Positions 19,301 to 28,285 of a stretch of DNA of 47,750 nt are shown piece after piece. A program made the position numbers and the translations under genes. The stretch is from UHGV virus genome UHGV-1789659. One strand, given 5' to 3'. The notes beneath the pieces were generated by a model, which saw nothing but the letters and a program-made list of their open reading frames with translations, did not search any database and was not told where the DNA came from. Origin of the DNA: a virus. How positions within the stretch are numbered: position 1 is the first letter of the stretch; the number at the start of each line of letters is the position of its first letter.

Positions 19301-20918
19301 CAAGAAGGAACAGGCAGCGCAACAGAAACTGGCAGCCGGATACCAGAAGGCTCTGGACAAAGCCGATCAGCTTATGGGGCAAATGGGTGAAAGCTCTAAG
19401 GCTACGGTATCGTTTGATCAGTCTCTTCGCGATACAACGAAATCGCTGACAGATTTGGCTAATGCGGTTCCTAACGAGTTCATCACTCAAGAGATGATCG
19501 ACAAGGCGAAAAAACGTCTTGAGGACCTCAAAAATGCGACACCTGAATATCGCGAGATGTTTAATCGCCGCAATGTTGAGCAGATGATCTCCACTTGGGC
19601 ACCGGAGGCGGATTCCATTATTAGTGCTGGCTATACGCCGTCTCGTGAAGAGAAAGTTGCTGATTTCGAAGACACTTACAACCGCAATCTCAAAGCGTTG
19701 ATAGAACTTCGTGATAAGGCGTCTGATCCTAAAGTTGTGGCGCTTTATACAAAGAAAATCAATCAACTTATTGCTGCTGGCAATACCGCGCTTATTAAAG
19801 AGACGGGGACCGCGACGCAGAAGTTGGCACTGGAATACGAAAACCTGGCAGAGCAGATCGAAAGCACCTGGACTGATTTGTTTAGTGGCTTAACGGATGT
19901 TCTGACTGATTTCGTTATTAACGGAAAGATGAGCTTCTCCAGCCTGTCTCAGTCCATTTTGAAAGATATCACCAATATGGTCGTGAAGTCGCAGATCACG
20001 CTGCCTCTAATGAACATGTTGGGGATGGGAACCACCGCAGCTGGTAGTTCACAGAGTGGTAATTTGCTGACCGGGGTTGCTTCCGCCGTTGCCAATCAAG
20101 GGGTACGAATGGGCAACACTGTTAACGGCGACAAGTCGGTAGGAGAAGCCACGAAGGAGACGTCCAGTTCGGTAACTGGATTGGGGCAAACAACACAGCA
20201 GACCACCAGCGCAATTGGCACTGCAACAAATGCGATTGGTAGCTGGGTATCAGGGCTATTTGATAGCACTGAAGCCAAAGATGCCGAGACAAAAGCCGTG
20301 AAGGACTCCATCTTCTCGATGCAGAACCTCAGCTCTGTTACCGGCGCGTTGTCTGCCGCGTTTGCAATGCTTGGAGCTAATGCTTCCGGCTCTGGTAATA
20401 AGTGGTTGAGTTTTGGAGCAACGGTTGCATCTGGTCTTGTTTCAGCTTGGGCTGGCGGTGGTTTCGACAGCGTGACATCAAGCTCTGCTAAAACCGCAAC
20501 CAGCAGTGTGGCTGACGGAACTAAAGGCATTCCTGCAATCCCGAAGTTTGCAAATGGAGGAATATTCGGAAAAGACGGCGTGATCCCGCTCCGGGCATAC
20601 CAGAAAGGCGGTATTGCTAACTCACCTCAATTGGCGTTGTTTGGGGAAGGTTCTATGAATGAGGCGTATGTTCCATTGCCTGATGGCCGAACAATCCCTG
20701 TAACGCTCAGTACCGATGGTATGAGTGGAGGAGGAAATGTTCTTTCTCCGGTATCAATTGAGATCAACGTCCATAGTGACGGTAGCACAACTGAATCCGG
20801 CGATACAGAAAGCATATGGAACAATGCCGCTCAACGGATGAAAGCAATCGCGCTTGAGACTATCGCGCAAGAGAAACGCCCTGGCGGATCACTCAACCCA
20901 AACACTCAACGTAACTAA
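16359..20918 (+). CDS. tail tape measure protein
   Basis: About 1520 aa, Ala/Gln/Lys-rich helical sequence with hydrophobic segments; ATG at 16359 after AAGGGA (ORF track opens at an upstream TTG). Confidence 0.85.
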   Translation: MSQNVEFILSLEDKQFTASIDRAGKLLTRFGEQVTKPAQKIQTFERSLGSVARIIGVLESKLDSTADKLQDVAAGFELASDATRKMRGNITSLNSGLKALIERVDTTTSSVDKLTASLRKVQSELNDFSDWATYASKSASRFGTEVKEASASVSGMNTRLNTTTKRLSNWGVTTSQAAEGLKKVREQMDEVIGRQQLISKPVRVRTSGSGDGGSGQRSGSSGHSGKNNEGGMFSGLRGNIFLLGEIGDAARTVTDIMFGWQKPIVEAAAEMERMRVMLRGLNKEKSNPGQAAADDMKYIVDMAQNAPFAMQALTDSFVKFRSAGLDPTDGSLKALVDSVARFGGDSELLKRAAVAVQQMSGKGVVSMEELRQQLGEAVPNAMQAMADAAGITMGELTKAVASGTVEAKQALSLMFVGLRAENENAAKDMMQTYTGALAQLQTSFTLFADRVGQAGYLDSLSKGMKELVSIMNSAEGISFANSLGSGLTTAIDGLRQLAQWLAKNQELVINLGKVVAAMVAFKLMRAGIMGVVGAGSQMVSTFATMATAIQTPFNLGATAVTRFNRAARMGLAPIPSLIFAIRGAITGLKGAFAGLTAFIAANPIGFVFTAAMTAVAGLITYMTMLRSETSKVVDEIRKIPEAMTAAKRAQMAEYKARLEQQITQKEQQLKSGEKVVYGPGMAGTTVKIDQDERKRIETGLNDLRKELDKTTGAIERGDTAVAKRLAKDAAESQIEKILEENKDFAATFVKSRQEALEKIQKIKDDGSLSDDEKNKLLAPLRETVNKSYLKPAQELIDSLSSRKNAVEGQIATLNDQLEKAKREGNTEQIKKLQGSIRGYQENLEVVAQELTQAEFKRDNAAKSGNGLVSINGDVLGLGTTDKAAQKALAQYMRNQMDSATYQRTLPDGTPMMDFEGKPIIGPKQLKTQLNLQKASSASSLEKMSDEERAAAIAALTKAREQDAAAAEKAAQRSANASQRAAKKEQAAQQKLAAGYQKALDKADQLMGQMGESSKATVSFDQSLRDTTKSLTDLANAVPNEFITQEMIDKAKKRLEDLKNATPEYREMFNRRNVEQMISTWAPEADSIISAGYTPSREEKVADFEDTYNRNLKALIELRDKASDPKVVALYTKKINQLIAAGNTALIKETGTATQKLALEYENLAEQIESTWTDLFSGLTDVLTDFVINGKMSFSSLSQSILKDITNMVVKSQITLPLMNMLGMGTTAAGSSQSGNLLTGVASAVANQGVRMGNTVNGDKSVGEATKETSSSVTGLGQTTQQTTSAIGTATNAIGSWVSGLFDSTEAKDAETKAVKDSIFSMQNLSSVTGALSAAFAMLGANASGSGNKWLSFGATVASGLVSAWAGGGFDSVTSSSAKTATSSVADGTKGIPAIPKFANGGIFGKDGVIPLRAYQKGGIANSPQLALFGEGSMNEAYVPLPDGRTIPVTLSTDGMSGGGNVLSPVSIEINVHSDGSTTESGDTESIWNNAAQRMKAIALETIAQEKRPGGSLNPNTQRN

Positions 20919-20960
20919 CTATCGACTGCCCCGACCGGGGCAGTCTCACAAGGATGTGAG

Positions 20961-21296
20961 ATGGAAAGACAAACGTTTAATTGGTATCCAGATTACGAAT
21001 CTGAAAAAAGCGTAAAACCGAATGTAACGGTACTTAATTTTGGTGATGACTACGAGCAGCGACAGGCTCAAGGTCTTAATCGTATTAAAGAAGAATGGTC
21101 GTTAACCTTTACCAGATCATACAACGAAATTAATGCAATCGATGACTTCCTGACTGAGCGATCAGGCGTTGAATCGTTCTATTGGGTTAATCCAAGAGGC
21201 AAGCAGATTGTAGTTGTATGTGACAGTCATACGGTCAAGCGATATCAGGGGTACTGTGTCTTAACAGCTACATTCAGACAAGTATTTGAGGCTTAA
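20961..21296 (+). CDS. minor tail protein M-like
   Basis: 111-aa ORF that shares a residue pattern with lambda M as recalled from memory (FGDxYxQR...GLN...FL.E..G...F.W); first gene after the tape measure. Confidence 0.6.
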   Translation: MERQTFNWYPDYESEKSVKPNVTVLNFGDDYEQRQAQGLNRIKEEWSLTFTRSYNEINAIDDFLTERSGVESFYWVNPRGKQIVVVCDSHTVKRYQGYCVLTATFRQVFEA

Positions 21297-21303
21297 GCAT
21301 CTG

Positions 21304-21325
21304 GATAAGTAAGTGCTAATTTACT
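21304..21325 (+). promoter_or_regulatory. GATAAGTAAGTGCTAATTTACT conserved motif
   Basis: GATAAGTA-family motif, followed by the GGCGCT...AGCGCC hairpin (21343-21365), upstream of the L-like gene. Confidence 0.4.
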
Positions 21326-21378
21326 ATCATTGTGGCGCTGACAGGATGTTAGCGCCTACTTATTTCAAGGATGAAACA

Positions 21379-22077
21379 ATGGGAATTAAAGCTGATATTC
21401 AGAGCTTATCTCCCTCTGCACTCATTGAGTTGTTCGTACTGGATATGTCGAACACAACTTCAGGGGGGAAGCTATTCTTCCACGCCGGAACAAACGAACT
21501 GATGCAACCGGTCGTCTGGCAAGGAGTGACATACGAGCCGTGGCCAATCAAAGCATCAGGCTTTGACAAAACGGGCCAGGGAACGTTGCCACGTCCAAAA
21601 ATTCAGGTATCGAACTTTGCCGGAACTGTCTCTGCGGAAGTTCAGGCAAACGACGATCTTGTTGGCTGCCGCATTATTCGCAAGATGACGCTGGCTCGCT
21701 TCCTCGATGCCGTTAATTTTAAAGACGGCAACCCAACAGCAGATCCAAACCAACATTTCCCGGATGAAATGTGGTTTATCGAACAGAAAACTCTCGAAAC
21801 TCATCAGGTTGTCGAGTTTGAATTGTCCAGTGTGTTCGATTTGATGGGGGTGCAACTGCCGTATCGTCAGATCATTAAAAATACCTGCCCGTGGAAATAC
21901 CGAGGGCCAGAATGCGGCTATACCGGTCCATATTTCGACAAAAATAACCAGCAGACGTCTATGTCTGGTGCGGATTACTGCACAAAACGTTATGACGCCT
22001 GTAATGCGCGTCGAAATTATTTTGCCGACGGTGTGATCCATTTTGGCGGATTTATTGGAGCTACGCGGTATGGGTAA
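21379..22077 (+). CDS. minor tail protein L-like
   Basis: 232 aa from ATG 21379; shares with lambda L (recalled) VWQG..Y.P.PI...GF, ARFLDAVNF and the Cys cluster CxWxYRGxECGY. Confidence 0.8.
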   Translation: MGIKADIQSLSPSALIELFVLDMSNTTSGGKLFFHAGTNELMQPVVWQGVTYEPWPIKASGFDKTGQGTLPRPKIQVSNFAGTVSAEVQANDDLVGCRIIRKMTLARFLDAVNFKDGNPTADPNQHFPDEMWFIEQKTLETHQVVEFELSSVFDLMGVQLPYRQIIKNTCPWKYRGPECGYTGPYFDKNNQQTSMSGADYCTKRYDACNARRNYFADGVIHFGGFIGATRYG

Positions 22078-22867
22078 TAAAGCAATCCCTGAGCTTGGCT
22101 CTGACGTTATGCAGCAAATCTATCTCTGCGCCATAAATCGCTACCCTAATGAAGCGTGTGGCTTTCTGGTTAGAACTAATGGCGACAAATATCGCTTTAT
22201 GGAAGCGCGGAATGTTTCGGAGAACCCGCAGAACACTTTTGTAATGCACGTTGACGACATTATGGCGGCAGAGGATGCGGGTGATGTTATCGCAATCTGG
22301 CATTCACATACTGATGAATCAGCAGAAGCATCTGATGCCGATCGTGCAGGCTGCGAAGCGACGGAAGTTCCGTGGATGATTCTGGCTATTCGCAAGAATG
22401 TTGAGGGAGATGCCCCTTTCCATTTTAGCGAGATGAATGTGATCACACCTGATGGTTTCGAAATGCCATACCTGGGCAGACCGTATGTATTTGGCGTATT
22501 CGATTGCTGGATGTTGTGTCGGGACTATTTGAAGCGTGAGTTTAACGTCGAACTAAACCCGAACGCACACCTGCATATTCCATCGTGGTACACCGGCGAT
22601 AACGACATTCTCGATCAGAACTACCGTAACGAGGGATTGGTGCGTCTTGCGCCCGGAACAGAGCCTCAACGTGGGGACATCTTCTTTATCCAATACGGGA
22701 AAATGCCTGACCACTGCGCGGTTTATATCGGCGATGGAATGATTCTTCATCACCAGATCGACCGCCTTAGTTGTCGTGCTTATTACGGCGGAATGTATCA
22801 GAAACATACGACGCATCACTTGCGTCACAGAGACTTGCTCAAGGGAGATGAGACGTGTCTGAGTTAG
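22070..22867 (+). CDS. tail assembly protein K-like (JAB/MPN plus NlpC/P60-type domains)
   Basis: JAMM-like WHSHTDESAEASDAD motif and a downstream Cys/His region (DCWMLCRDY...HH); start overlaps the L stop. Confidence 0.75.
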   Translation: MGNKAIPELGSDVMQQIYLCAINRYPNEACGFLVRTNGDKYRFMEARNVSENPQNTFVMHVDDIMAAEDAGDVIAIWHSHTDESAEASDADRAGCEATEVPWMILAIRKNVEGDAPFHFSEMNVITPDGFEMPYLGRPYVFGVFDCWMLCRDYLKREFNVELNPNAHLHIPSWYTGDNDILDQNYRNEGLVRLAPGTEPQRGDIFFIQYGKMPDHCAVYIGDGMILHHQIDRLSCRAYYGGMYQKHTTHHLRHRDLLKGDETCLS

Positions 22868-23448
22868 TTCATGTGCAGCTTGGCGGCTCTATGGCCAAAC
22901 ATTTTGGCCGCCACTGGCATCTAAAGGTGCGCAATACAAAACAGGCTCTGGATTTAATTGAGGCCAACAAGCCTGGGTTTAAAGCATGGATGAAGCGCAA
23001 CATCAAAACCTATGACAGATACCACATCCAGATCACCAATAAACAGGGCCACAAGTGGTCTGTGGACGAGAGTGAATATCAGATGATGGGGCAGTCTGAC
23101 AACATTGCCAAAATCCGCATTACCCCTGTTCCGCGAGGAAGCGGCGGTTCTGCTTTTGGGTGGTTTCAGACGGTAGTAGGAGCCGCTTTGTTGGTTGTAT
23201 CGGCGGTAATGATGCCTGCTTTAGCACCTCTCGGTTTGTCACTAATGATGGGCGGCATATCACAAATCATATCGCCGCAAGCCACTAACGAAAGTGTGAG
23301 GCAGGCGGATAACTCGAACTCTTATTATTTCGACGGCCCTCAAAATACAGAAAACCAGGGCAACCCAGTACAACTTATCTATGGTGAGGAAATTCTGGTT
23401 GGCTCACAGGTTGTGAGTTCTTCAATCACGATTGACCAGCTAATGTAA
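22855..23448 (+). CDS. tail assembly protein I-like
   Basis: 197-aa ORF between K-like and J-like genes with a hydrophobic C-terminal segment; GTG start as called by the ORF track. Confidence 0.6.
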   Translation: MSELVHVQLGGSMAKHFGRHWHLKVRNTKQALDLIEANKPGFKAWMKRNIKTYDRYHIQITNKQGHKWSVDESEYQMMGQSDNIAKIRITPVPRGSGGSAFGWFQTVVGAALLVVSAVMMPALAPLGLSLMMGGISQIISPQATNESVRQADNSNSYYFDGPQNTENQGNPVQLIYGEEILVGSQVVSSSITIDQLM

Positions 23449-23465
23449 ACAAGGATTTTTTGAAC

Positions 23466-26400
23466 ATGGAACAGTTCAAGAAGAAAAAGTTACCGCTGTT
23501 TATTGCAGGTGCGGGTGGTAAAAAAAGCAGCAAAAGCTCCAGCCGTACACCGGTTGAAGCCGACGATACCGTAAATTCTCGTGCAATGGCCGCTATCCTC
23601 GATCTTCTTGGGGAAGGTGTAATTGGCGGCTTGGTAAATGGCGCAAGATCTATTTTTATCGACGATCTGCCGATTGTAAATGAAGACGGTTCCTCCAACT
23701 TCAGCGGAATCACATGGGATTTTCGCGACGGTTCGCAAGACCAGACTCCAATGTCTGGCTTTGATTTCGTTGAAACGCCTAAATCCGTCAATATCCAGTT
23801 AAAAAAAACACATTATGTAACGGTTTCAATCGATAACGATGAAGCTGATCGGGTTCGTGTCATCATGAAGTTTCCTTCTTTGCGAAGCATAGATAAAAAA
23901 ACTGGTGACACGAACGGCACAACCGTTGAGTACAAGTTCCAGATAGCAAATGGCGACTCAACATTTGTAGATGTGGGCGCAGAAGGTGAAAAAAGCGTTG
24001 GCATTAAGCTAACAGCAAAAAAGACAGGTGTTTATTACCGTAGCTATGAGCTGAAGCTGCCTAAGCCTGGACGCGCGTACAAGGTTCGTGTAGTCCGTAT
24101 TACCGATGATAACAGCAGCCAGTATCTCTATAACGATACATGGGTGGACTCAATAGGTGAGATTGTAGATACACCGATGAACTACCCAAACTCTGTGCTG
24201 GTGGGTCTGAAGGTTAATTCTGAGCAGTTTGGTAGCACCATGCCATCTCGTTCGTATTTGGTACGTGGATTAAAAATTCGCGTGCCGTCAAACTACAACG
24301 AGGCCAGCAACACTTATGATGGTGTATGGGATGGCACTTTTAAGCTGTTGTCTTCTTCAAACCCCGCGTGGATTCTCTTTGATTTGCTTACCAATGCTCG
24401 ATATGGCCTTGGTCAGTATGTGTCGGAATCTATGATTGACCTCGGCCAGCTATACCAGATCGGTCGATATTGTGACGAAGAGGTTGATGATGGCTTTGGT
24501 GGTAAAGAGAAACGCTTTGCAATCAATACGCAGATCACCAGTCGACAGGACGCATACCGATTAATTCAGGATATTGCCGGTGCATTCCGCGGTATGGTGT
24601 TTTGGGCTGGTGGCATGGTTAACATCATGCAGGATAGCCCATCAGATCCGGTAATGATGTTTACCAACTCCAACGTCAAAGATGGATTGTTTACCTATAA
24701 AGGTTCTGCGCGTAAAGATCGCCCATCCGTTGCGCTCGTAACCTACAACAACAAGGAGGACGGTTATAAGCAAAACATCGAGTACGTTGAAGATCAGGAC
24801 GCAATGCGCCGTTATGGTGAGCGTAAAACAGAAGTCGTAGCATTTGGATGTACAAGCCGAGGCCAGGCTCACCGAGTTGGTTTGTGGCTTTTGTATACCG
24901 CCAGAATGGAGTCGGATGTAATTACATTTACTGCCGGCTTAGACGCCTCATTTCTGATGCCCGGTGAAACCGTTCTGATTCAGAACAAATATCGTGCAGG
25001 TAAACGTAACTCCGGTCGAATTGTGGAGTTTACCAAAAACAGCATCACTCTCGATGCGCCTGTGTCGTTAGCTAAAAGCGGCAGCTTTATTCGGATATTG
25101 AATCAGGAAGGCAAAATCGTTGAACGCGATGTTCTTGAAACTGGCGAAAACGTAACAAAGGTTACGTTTTCAAAAGCTCTGTCGTCAGCGGAAACGCCTG
25201 TTTTGAACGGTGTCTGGACAATTACAGAACCAGATCTCGAACCTATGCGCGTTCGCATCGTTAACATCGCGCAGGGGGAAACGCCGGGTAGCTTTGACAT
25301 CACCGCTGTTGAAAACAATCCGTCTAAATATGAGGCGATCGACAATGGTGCAACGCTTATCCCGCAGAATACGACGGTATTGGACCCGACTTACTCCAAG
25401 CCGTCTAATTTGCAAATCACTGAAGGGACTTACCTCTCAAGCCCGGGCAACCTGTCGGTAAAACTGACTGCAACATGGGAAGGGAAATCTCCAGAGTATT
25501 GGATCAGTTGGCGACGTTCTGATGAAAACAATGTATCGAACTGGCAATCGGCGCGTGTAACCGAAGAGCAATACGAAATCGTTAATGTCGCGGAGAATGG
25601 ACGCTACGACTTCCAGCTGTATGCGGTTTCATTCAACGGTAAAAAAACAGAGATTATCAGTACCGTTTATCAGGTGTTGGGCACAATGACACCGCCGGAT
25701 GCCCCAACGTCATTAACGGCCGTTGGAGACTATCGTAATGTGATACTGAATTGGGTTAATCCAGATTCGGTAGACCTTGATCACATTAATGTTTACGCAT
25801 CCCAGACCAACAATCTGGATACGGCGAAACTGATCGCAGAGTCTGCAAGCACCACCTTGACACATGCTGGTCTTGGGGATAGCGAAACGTGGTATTACTG
25901 GGTTCGAGCATCGAACAAGCGCGGCATGTTAAGTCCTCCGAACTCAAACTTGGGTACAGAGGCGACAACTCGCGATGTACTGTCGTTCCTGACTGGCAAA
26001 ATTACATCTTCCGAGCTTGGTCAGGCTCTGCTTGAGGACATCAACAGCAAAGCCTCTCAAGAAGCAGTTGACGAGTTAAATGAGCATATTAACCAGAGCG
26101 TCGAATCTTTGGAGGGGGCGGTAAACGACGTTAAGGAAGATATAGCTGAATTAGATAAGCAGTTCAGCGATAACCTCGCGGATTTTGAAATAAAATTCAA
26201 CGAGCGTAGCGATGCTTTGGAGAGCGCGCAAACCGAGCTTAAAGGTGAGGTTTCGGCAACGATCGACAAGGTCAATGAAGCGTTTGAAAAAATTGATGCT
26301 ACTGATGCTGCAATTGTTGAAATCGAAAACACCGTATCTGAACACGATAAAGCTCTCGCTAATACAGTCGAGGCAATAAAGGCTGCAAGAGACGAAGCGG

Positions 26401-28193
26401 CGGCTCTTATTGCTAAGGAAAGCGAGGCTCGTGTTGAAGGCGATGCTGCAAACGCTAAACAACTGGAAGTGTTGCAGTCAATGGTAGAGGAAAGCTCCGC
26501 TGCCGTTGAAGAAATGAAAAAGACGGTTGCAGAGGTCGATCGTGCAAGTGCAGAGCTGACTACGAACATTGAGGCGTTGGCCAAAACAAATATTGACCTG
26601 GCTCTTCGTCAAGATGAAGACCAGCACAAGCAGATGGTCAATAACGCGAAGATCGCAACAACACAGAAAACCTTTGCTGATGATATGTCTGCAATGGCCA
26701 CGAAGGTTGAGGAAATTCGCGTAGAAATTGGCGAAGACATTAAGGCCAGTATTCTGGAAGAGTCCACCGCTCGTGCCGATGGCGATGAAGCGTTGGCAAA
26801 GCGTGTCACTCAGCTGCAATCTAAGTTTGAAGGAGATATCAGCGCGGCGATTAGTACAGAGCAGGAGGCTCGTACATCTGCCGATGAAGCTCTGACGACA
26901 CAGATCACTCAGCTTGAGTCGAAAGTAAGCAACGATATCGTCGCAGCTATTAAGGAAGAGCAAGAAGCCCGAGCAACGGAAGATTCGGCTCTGGCAAGCC
27001 AGATCACCCAACTTCAGGCAAAGGTTGATGATGATATTTCTGCTGCAATACGTAGTGAGCAGGAGGCTCGAGCAAGCGGGGACTCTGCGTTAGCCAAACA
27101 AATAAACCAGCTTCAGTCAAAGGTTGACGGTGATATATCCGCTGCCATCACTCAGGAGCAGGAGGCCAGGGCAAGTGCTGACCAGGCTCTCTCACGAGAA
27201 ATTAACAGCCTGCGAGCACAGACCGGAACTGATATTGCCGCAGCGGTTGCTGTAGAGACAAAGGCAAGGACTGATGCCGATAGTGCATTGTCCACTCAGA
27301 TTACGTCTCTTACAGCAAAAGCTAATGATCTCGAGGCATCTCTTGCCAGAGAAACAACGGCTCGTGCAGATGGTGATACCGCTTTAACAAAAGAGGTTTC
27401 AAGTTTAAAAGCACAGACTGCGAAAGATATTAGTGCGGCCGTTGCAGTTGAAACGAAGGCTCGAACTGATGCTGACTCGGCGTTGTCATCTCAGATCACC
27501 AAGCTGACCTCTCAATATAAAGAGGATATTAAAGCGGCTGTAGCAACCGAAACGAAAACGCGTACAGAGCAAGATGCGGCACTGGCGACTCAAATCACAA
27601 ACTTAGAGTCTCAAACAGCAGCCAACATTTCTGCGGCGGTCGCAACTGAAACGACAGCGAGAACGCAGGCAGATAATGCTCTAAGTGGGCGAATCGATAC
27701 TCTGAAAGCAGAGGTGGATGGAAATACCGCGACAATTCAACAGCAGGCAACAGCCATTGCTGACACCAACAAAAAAGTCTCAACCGCGTGGACGTTGAAA
27801 ATGGAGACTTCAACGAGCGGAGGGCAGAAGTATGTTGCTGGTATTGCGCTTGGTATCGACACCACTGGCCTTTCTCAGTTTTTGGTGCAGGCGGACAGAT
27901 TTGGTTTGGTCAACTCTGTTAACGGGAAGATCACCACACCATTTGTTATCGAAAACAGCATCGCCTATATGAATGGTGCGTATATCAAGGATGGCACAAT
28001 CACCAATGCAAAGGTAGGCGATCTGCAATCGACCAATTTTGTTAGCGGTAGATCTGGATGGCGATTCGGCAAAAATGGAACGCTTGAGATCAACGGTAAT
28101 AGCGGCGGCAATGGGCGATTGGTCATAAATGGTCAGCGGATTGACGTTTATGACGATAACAACGTCCTCCGAGTGAGAATTGGCCTTCTGTGA
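23466..28193 (+). CDS. central tail fibre / host specificity protein J-like, with a long coiled-coil repeat insertion
   Basis: N-terminal 600 aa align by eye to lambda J (YPNSVLVGLKVNSEQFGS..., RVPSNYN...WDGTF, FGCTSRGQAHRVGLWLL); FN3-like segment; about ten tandem 33-aa repeats; ATG at 23466. Confidence 0.85.
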   Translation: MEQFKKKKLPLFIAGAGGKKSSKSSSRTPVEADDTVNSRAMAAILDLLGEGVIGGLVNGARSIFIDDLPIVNEDGSSNFSGITWDFRDGSQDQTPMSGFDFVETPKSVNIQLKKTHYVTVSIDNDEADRVRVIMKFPSLRSIDKKTGDTNGTTVEYKFQIANGDSTFVDVGAEGEKSVGIKLTAKKTGVYYRSYELKLPKPGRAYKVRVVRITDDNSSQYLYNDTWVDSIGEIVDTPMNYPNSVLVGLKVNSEQFGSTMPSRSYLVRGLKIRVPSNYNEASNTYDGVWDGTFKLLSSSNPAWILFDLLTNARYGLGQYVSESMIDLGQLYQIGRYCDEEVDDGFGGKEKRFAINTQITSRQDAYRLIQDIAGAFRGMVFWAGGMVNIMQDSPSDPVMMFTNSNVKDGLFTYKGSARKDRPSVALVTYNNKEDGYKQNIEYVEDQDAMRRYGERKTEVVAFGCTSRGQAHRVGLWLLYTARMESDVITFTAGLDASFLMPGETVLIQNKYRAGKRNSGRIVEFTKNSITLDAPVSLAKSGSFIRILNQEGKIVERDVLETGENVTKVTFSKALSSAETPVLNGVWTITEPDLEPMRVRIVNIAQGETPGSFDITAVENNPSKYEAIDNGATLIPQNTTVLDPTYSKPSNLQITEGTYLSSPGNLSVKLTATWEGKSPEYWISWRRSDENNVSNWQSARVTEEQYEIVNVAENGRYDFQLYAVSFNGKKTEIISTVYQVLGTMTPPDAPTSLTAVGDYRNVILNWVNPDSVDLDHINVYASQTNNLDTAKLIAESASTTLTHAGLGDSETWYYWVRASNKRGMLSPPNSNLGTEATTRDVLSFLTGKITSSELGQALLEDINSKASQEAVDELNEHINQSVESLEGAVNDVKEDIAELDKQFSDNLADFEIKFNERSDALESAQTELKGEVSATIDKVNEAFEKIDATDAAIVEIENTVSEHDKALANTVEAIKAARDEAAALIAKESEARVEGDAANAKQLEVLQSMVEESSAAVEEMKKTVAEVDRASAELTTNIEALAKTNIDLALRQDEDQHKQMVNNAKIATTQKTFADDMSAMATKVEEIRVEIGEDIKASILEESTARADGDEALAKRVTQLQSKFEGDISAAISTEQEARTSADEALTTQITQLESKVSNDIVAAIKEEQEARATEDSALASQITQLQAKVDDDISAAIRSEQEARASGDSALAKQINQLQSKVDGDISAAITQEQEARASADQALSREINSLRAQTGTDIAAAVAVETKARTDADSALSTQITSLTAKANDLEASLARETTARADGDTALTKEVSSLKAQTAKDISAAVAVETKARTDADSALSSQITKLTSQYKEDIKAAVATETKTRTEQDAALATQITNLESQTAANISAAVATETTARTQADNALSGRIDTLKAEVDGNTATIQQQATAIADTNKKVSTAWTLKMETSTSGGQKYVAGIALGIDTTGLSQFLVQADRFGLVNSVNGKITTPFVIENSIAYMNGAYIKDGTITNAKVGDLQSTNFVSGRSGWRFGKNGTLEINGNSGGNGRLVINGQRIDVYDDNNVLRVRIGLL

Positions 28194-28222
28194 TGTAGAA
28201 AAAAATATTTACATCGGTAAAA

Positions 28223-28240
28223 ATAAGTAGGTACTTACTT
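28223..28240 (+). promoter_or_regulatory. ATAAGTAGGTACTTACTT conserved motif followed by GGTGGGC hairpin
   Basis: GATAAGTA-family motif, then GTGGTGGGC-AAGGATA-GCCCACCA hairpin (28244-28268), upstream of the side fibre gene. Confidence 0.4.
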
Positions 28241-28285
28241 TGTGGTGGGCAAGGATAGCCCACCAAATCAAGGAGCATATTCAAC

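Noticed and set aside
16472-20824. Antisense and alternative-frame ORFs inside the tape-measure gene (16472..16702, 16731..17270, 17852..18346, 19275..19766, 20096..20530 and others)
   Set aside because: They are fully embedded in a long, well-supported coding region on the opposite strand or in another frame, and lack RBS; typical shadow ORFs.
26057-27011. Minus-strand ORFs (26057..26584, 26478..27011) within the J repeat region
   Set aside because: They are produced by the repetitive, compositionally biased coiled-coil repeat DNA of the J-like gene; antisense to a strongly supported CDS.
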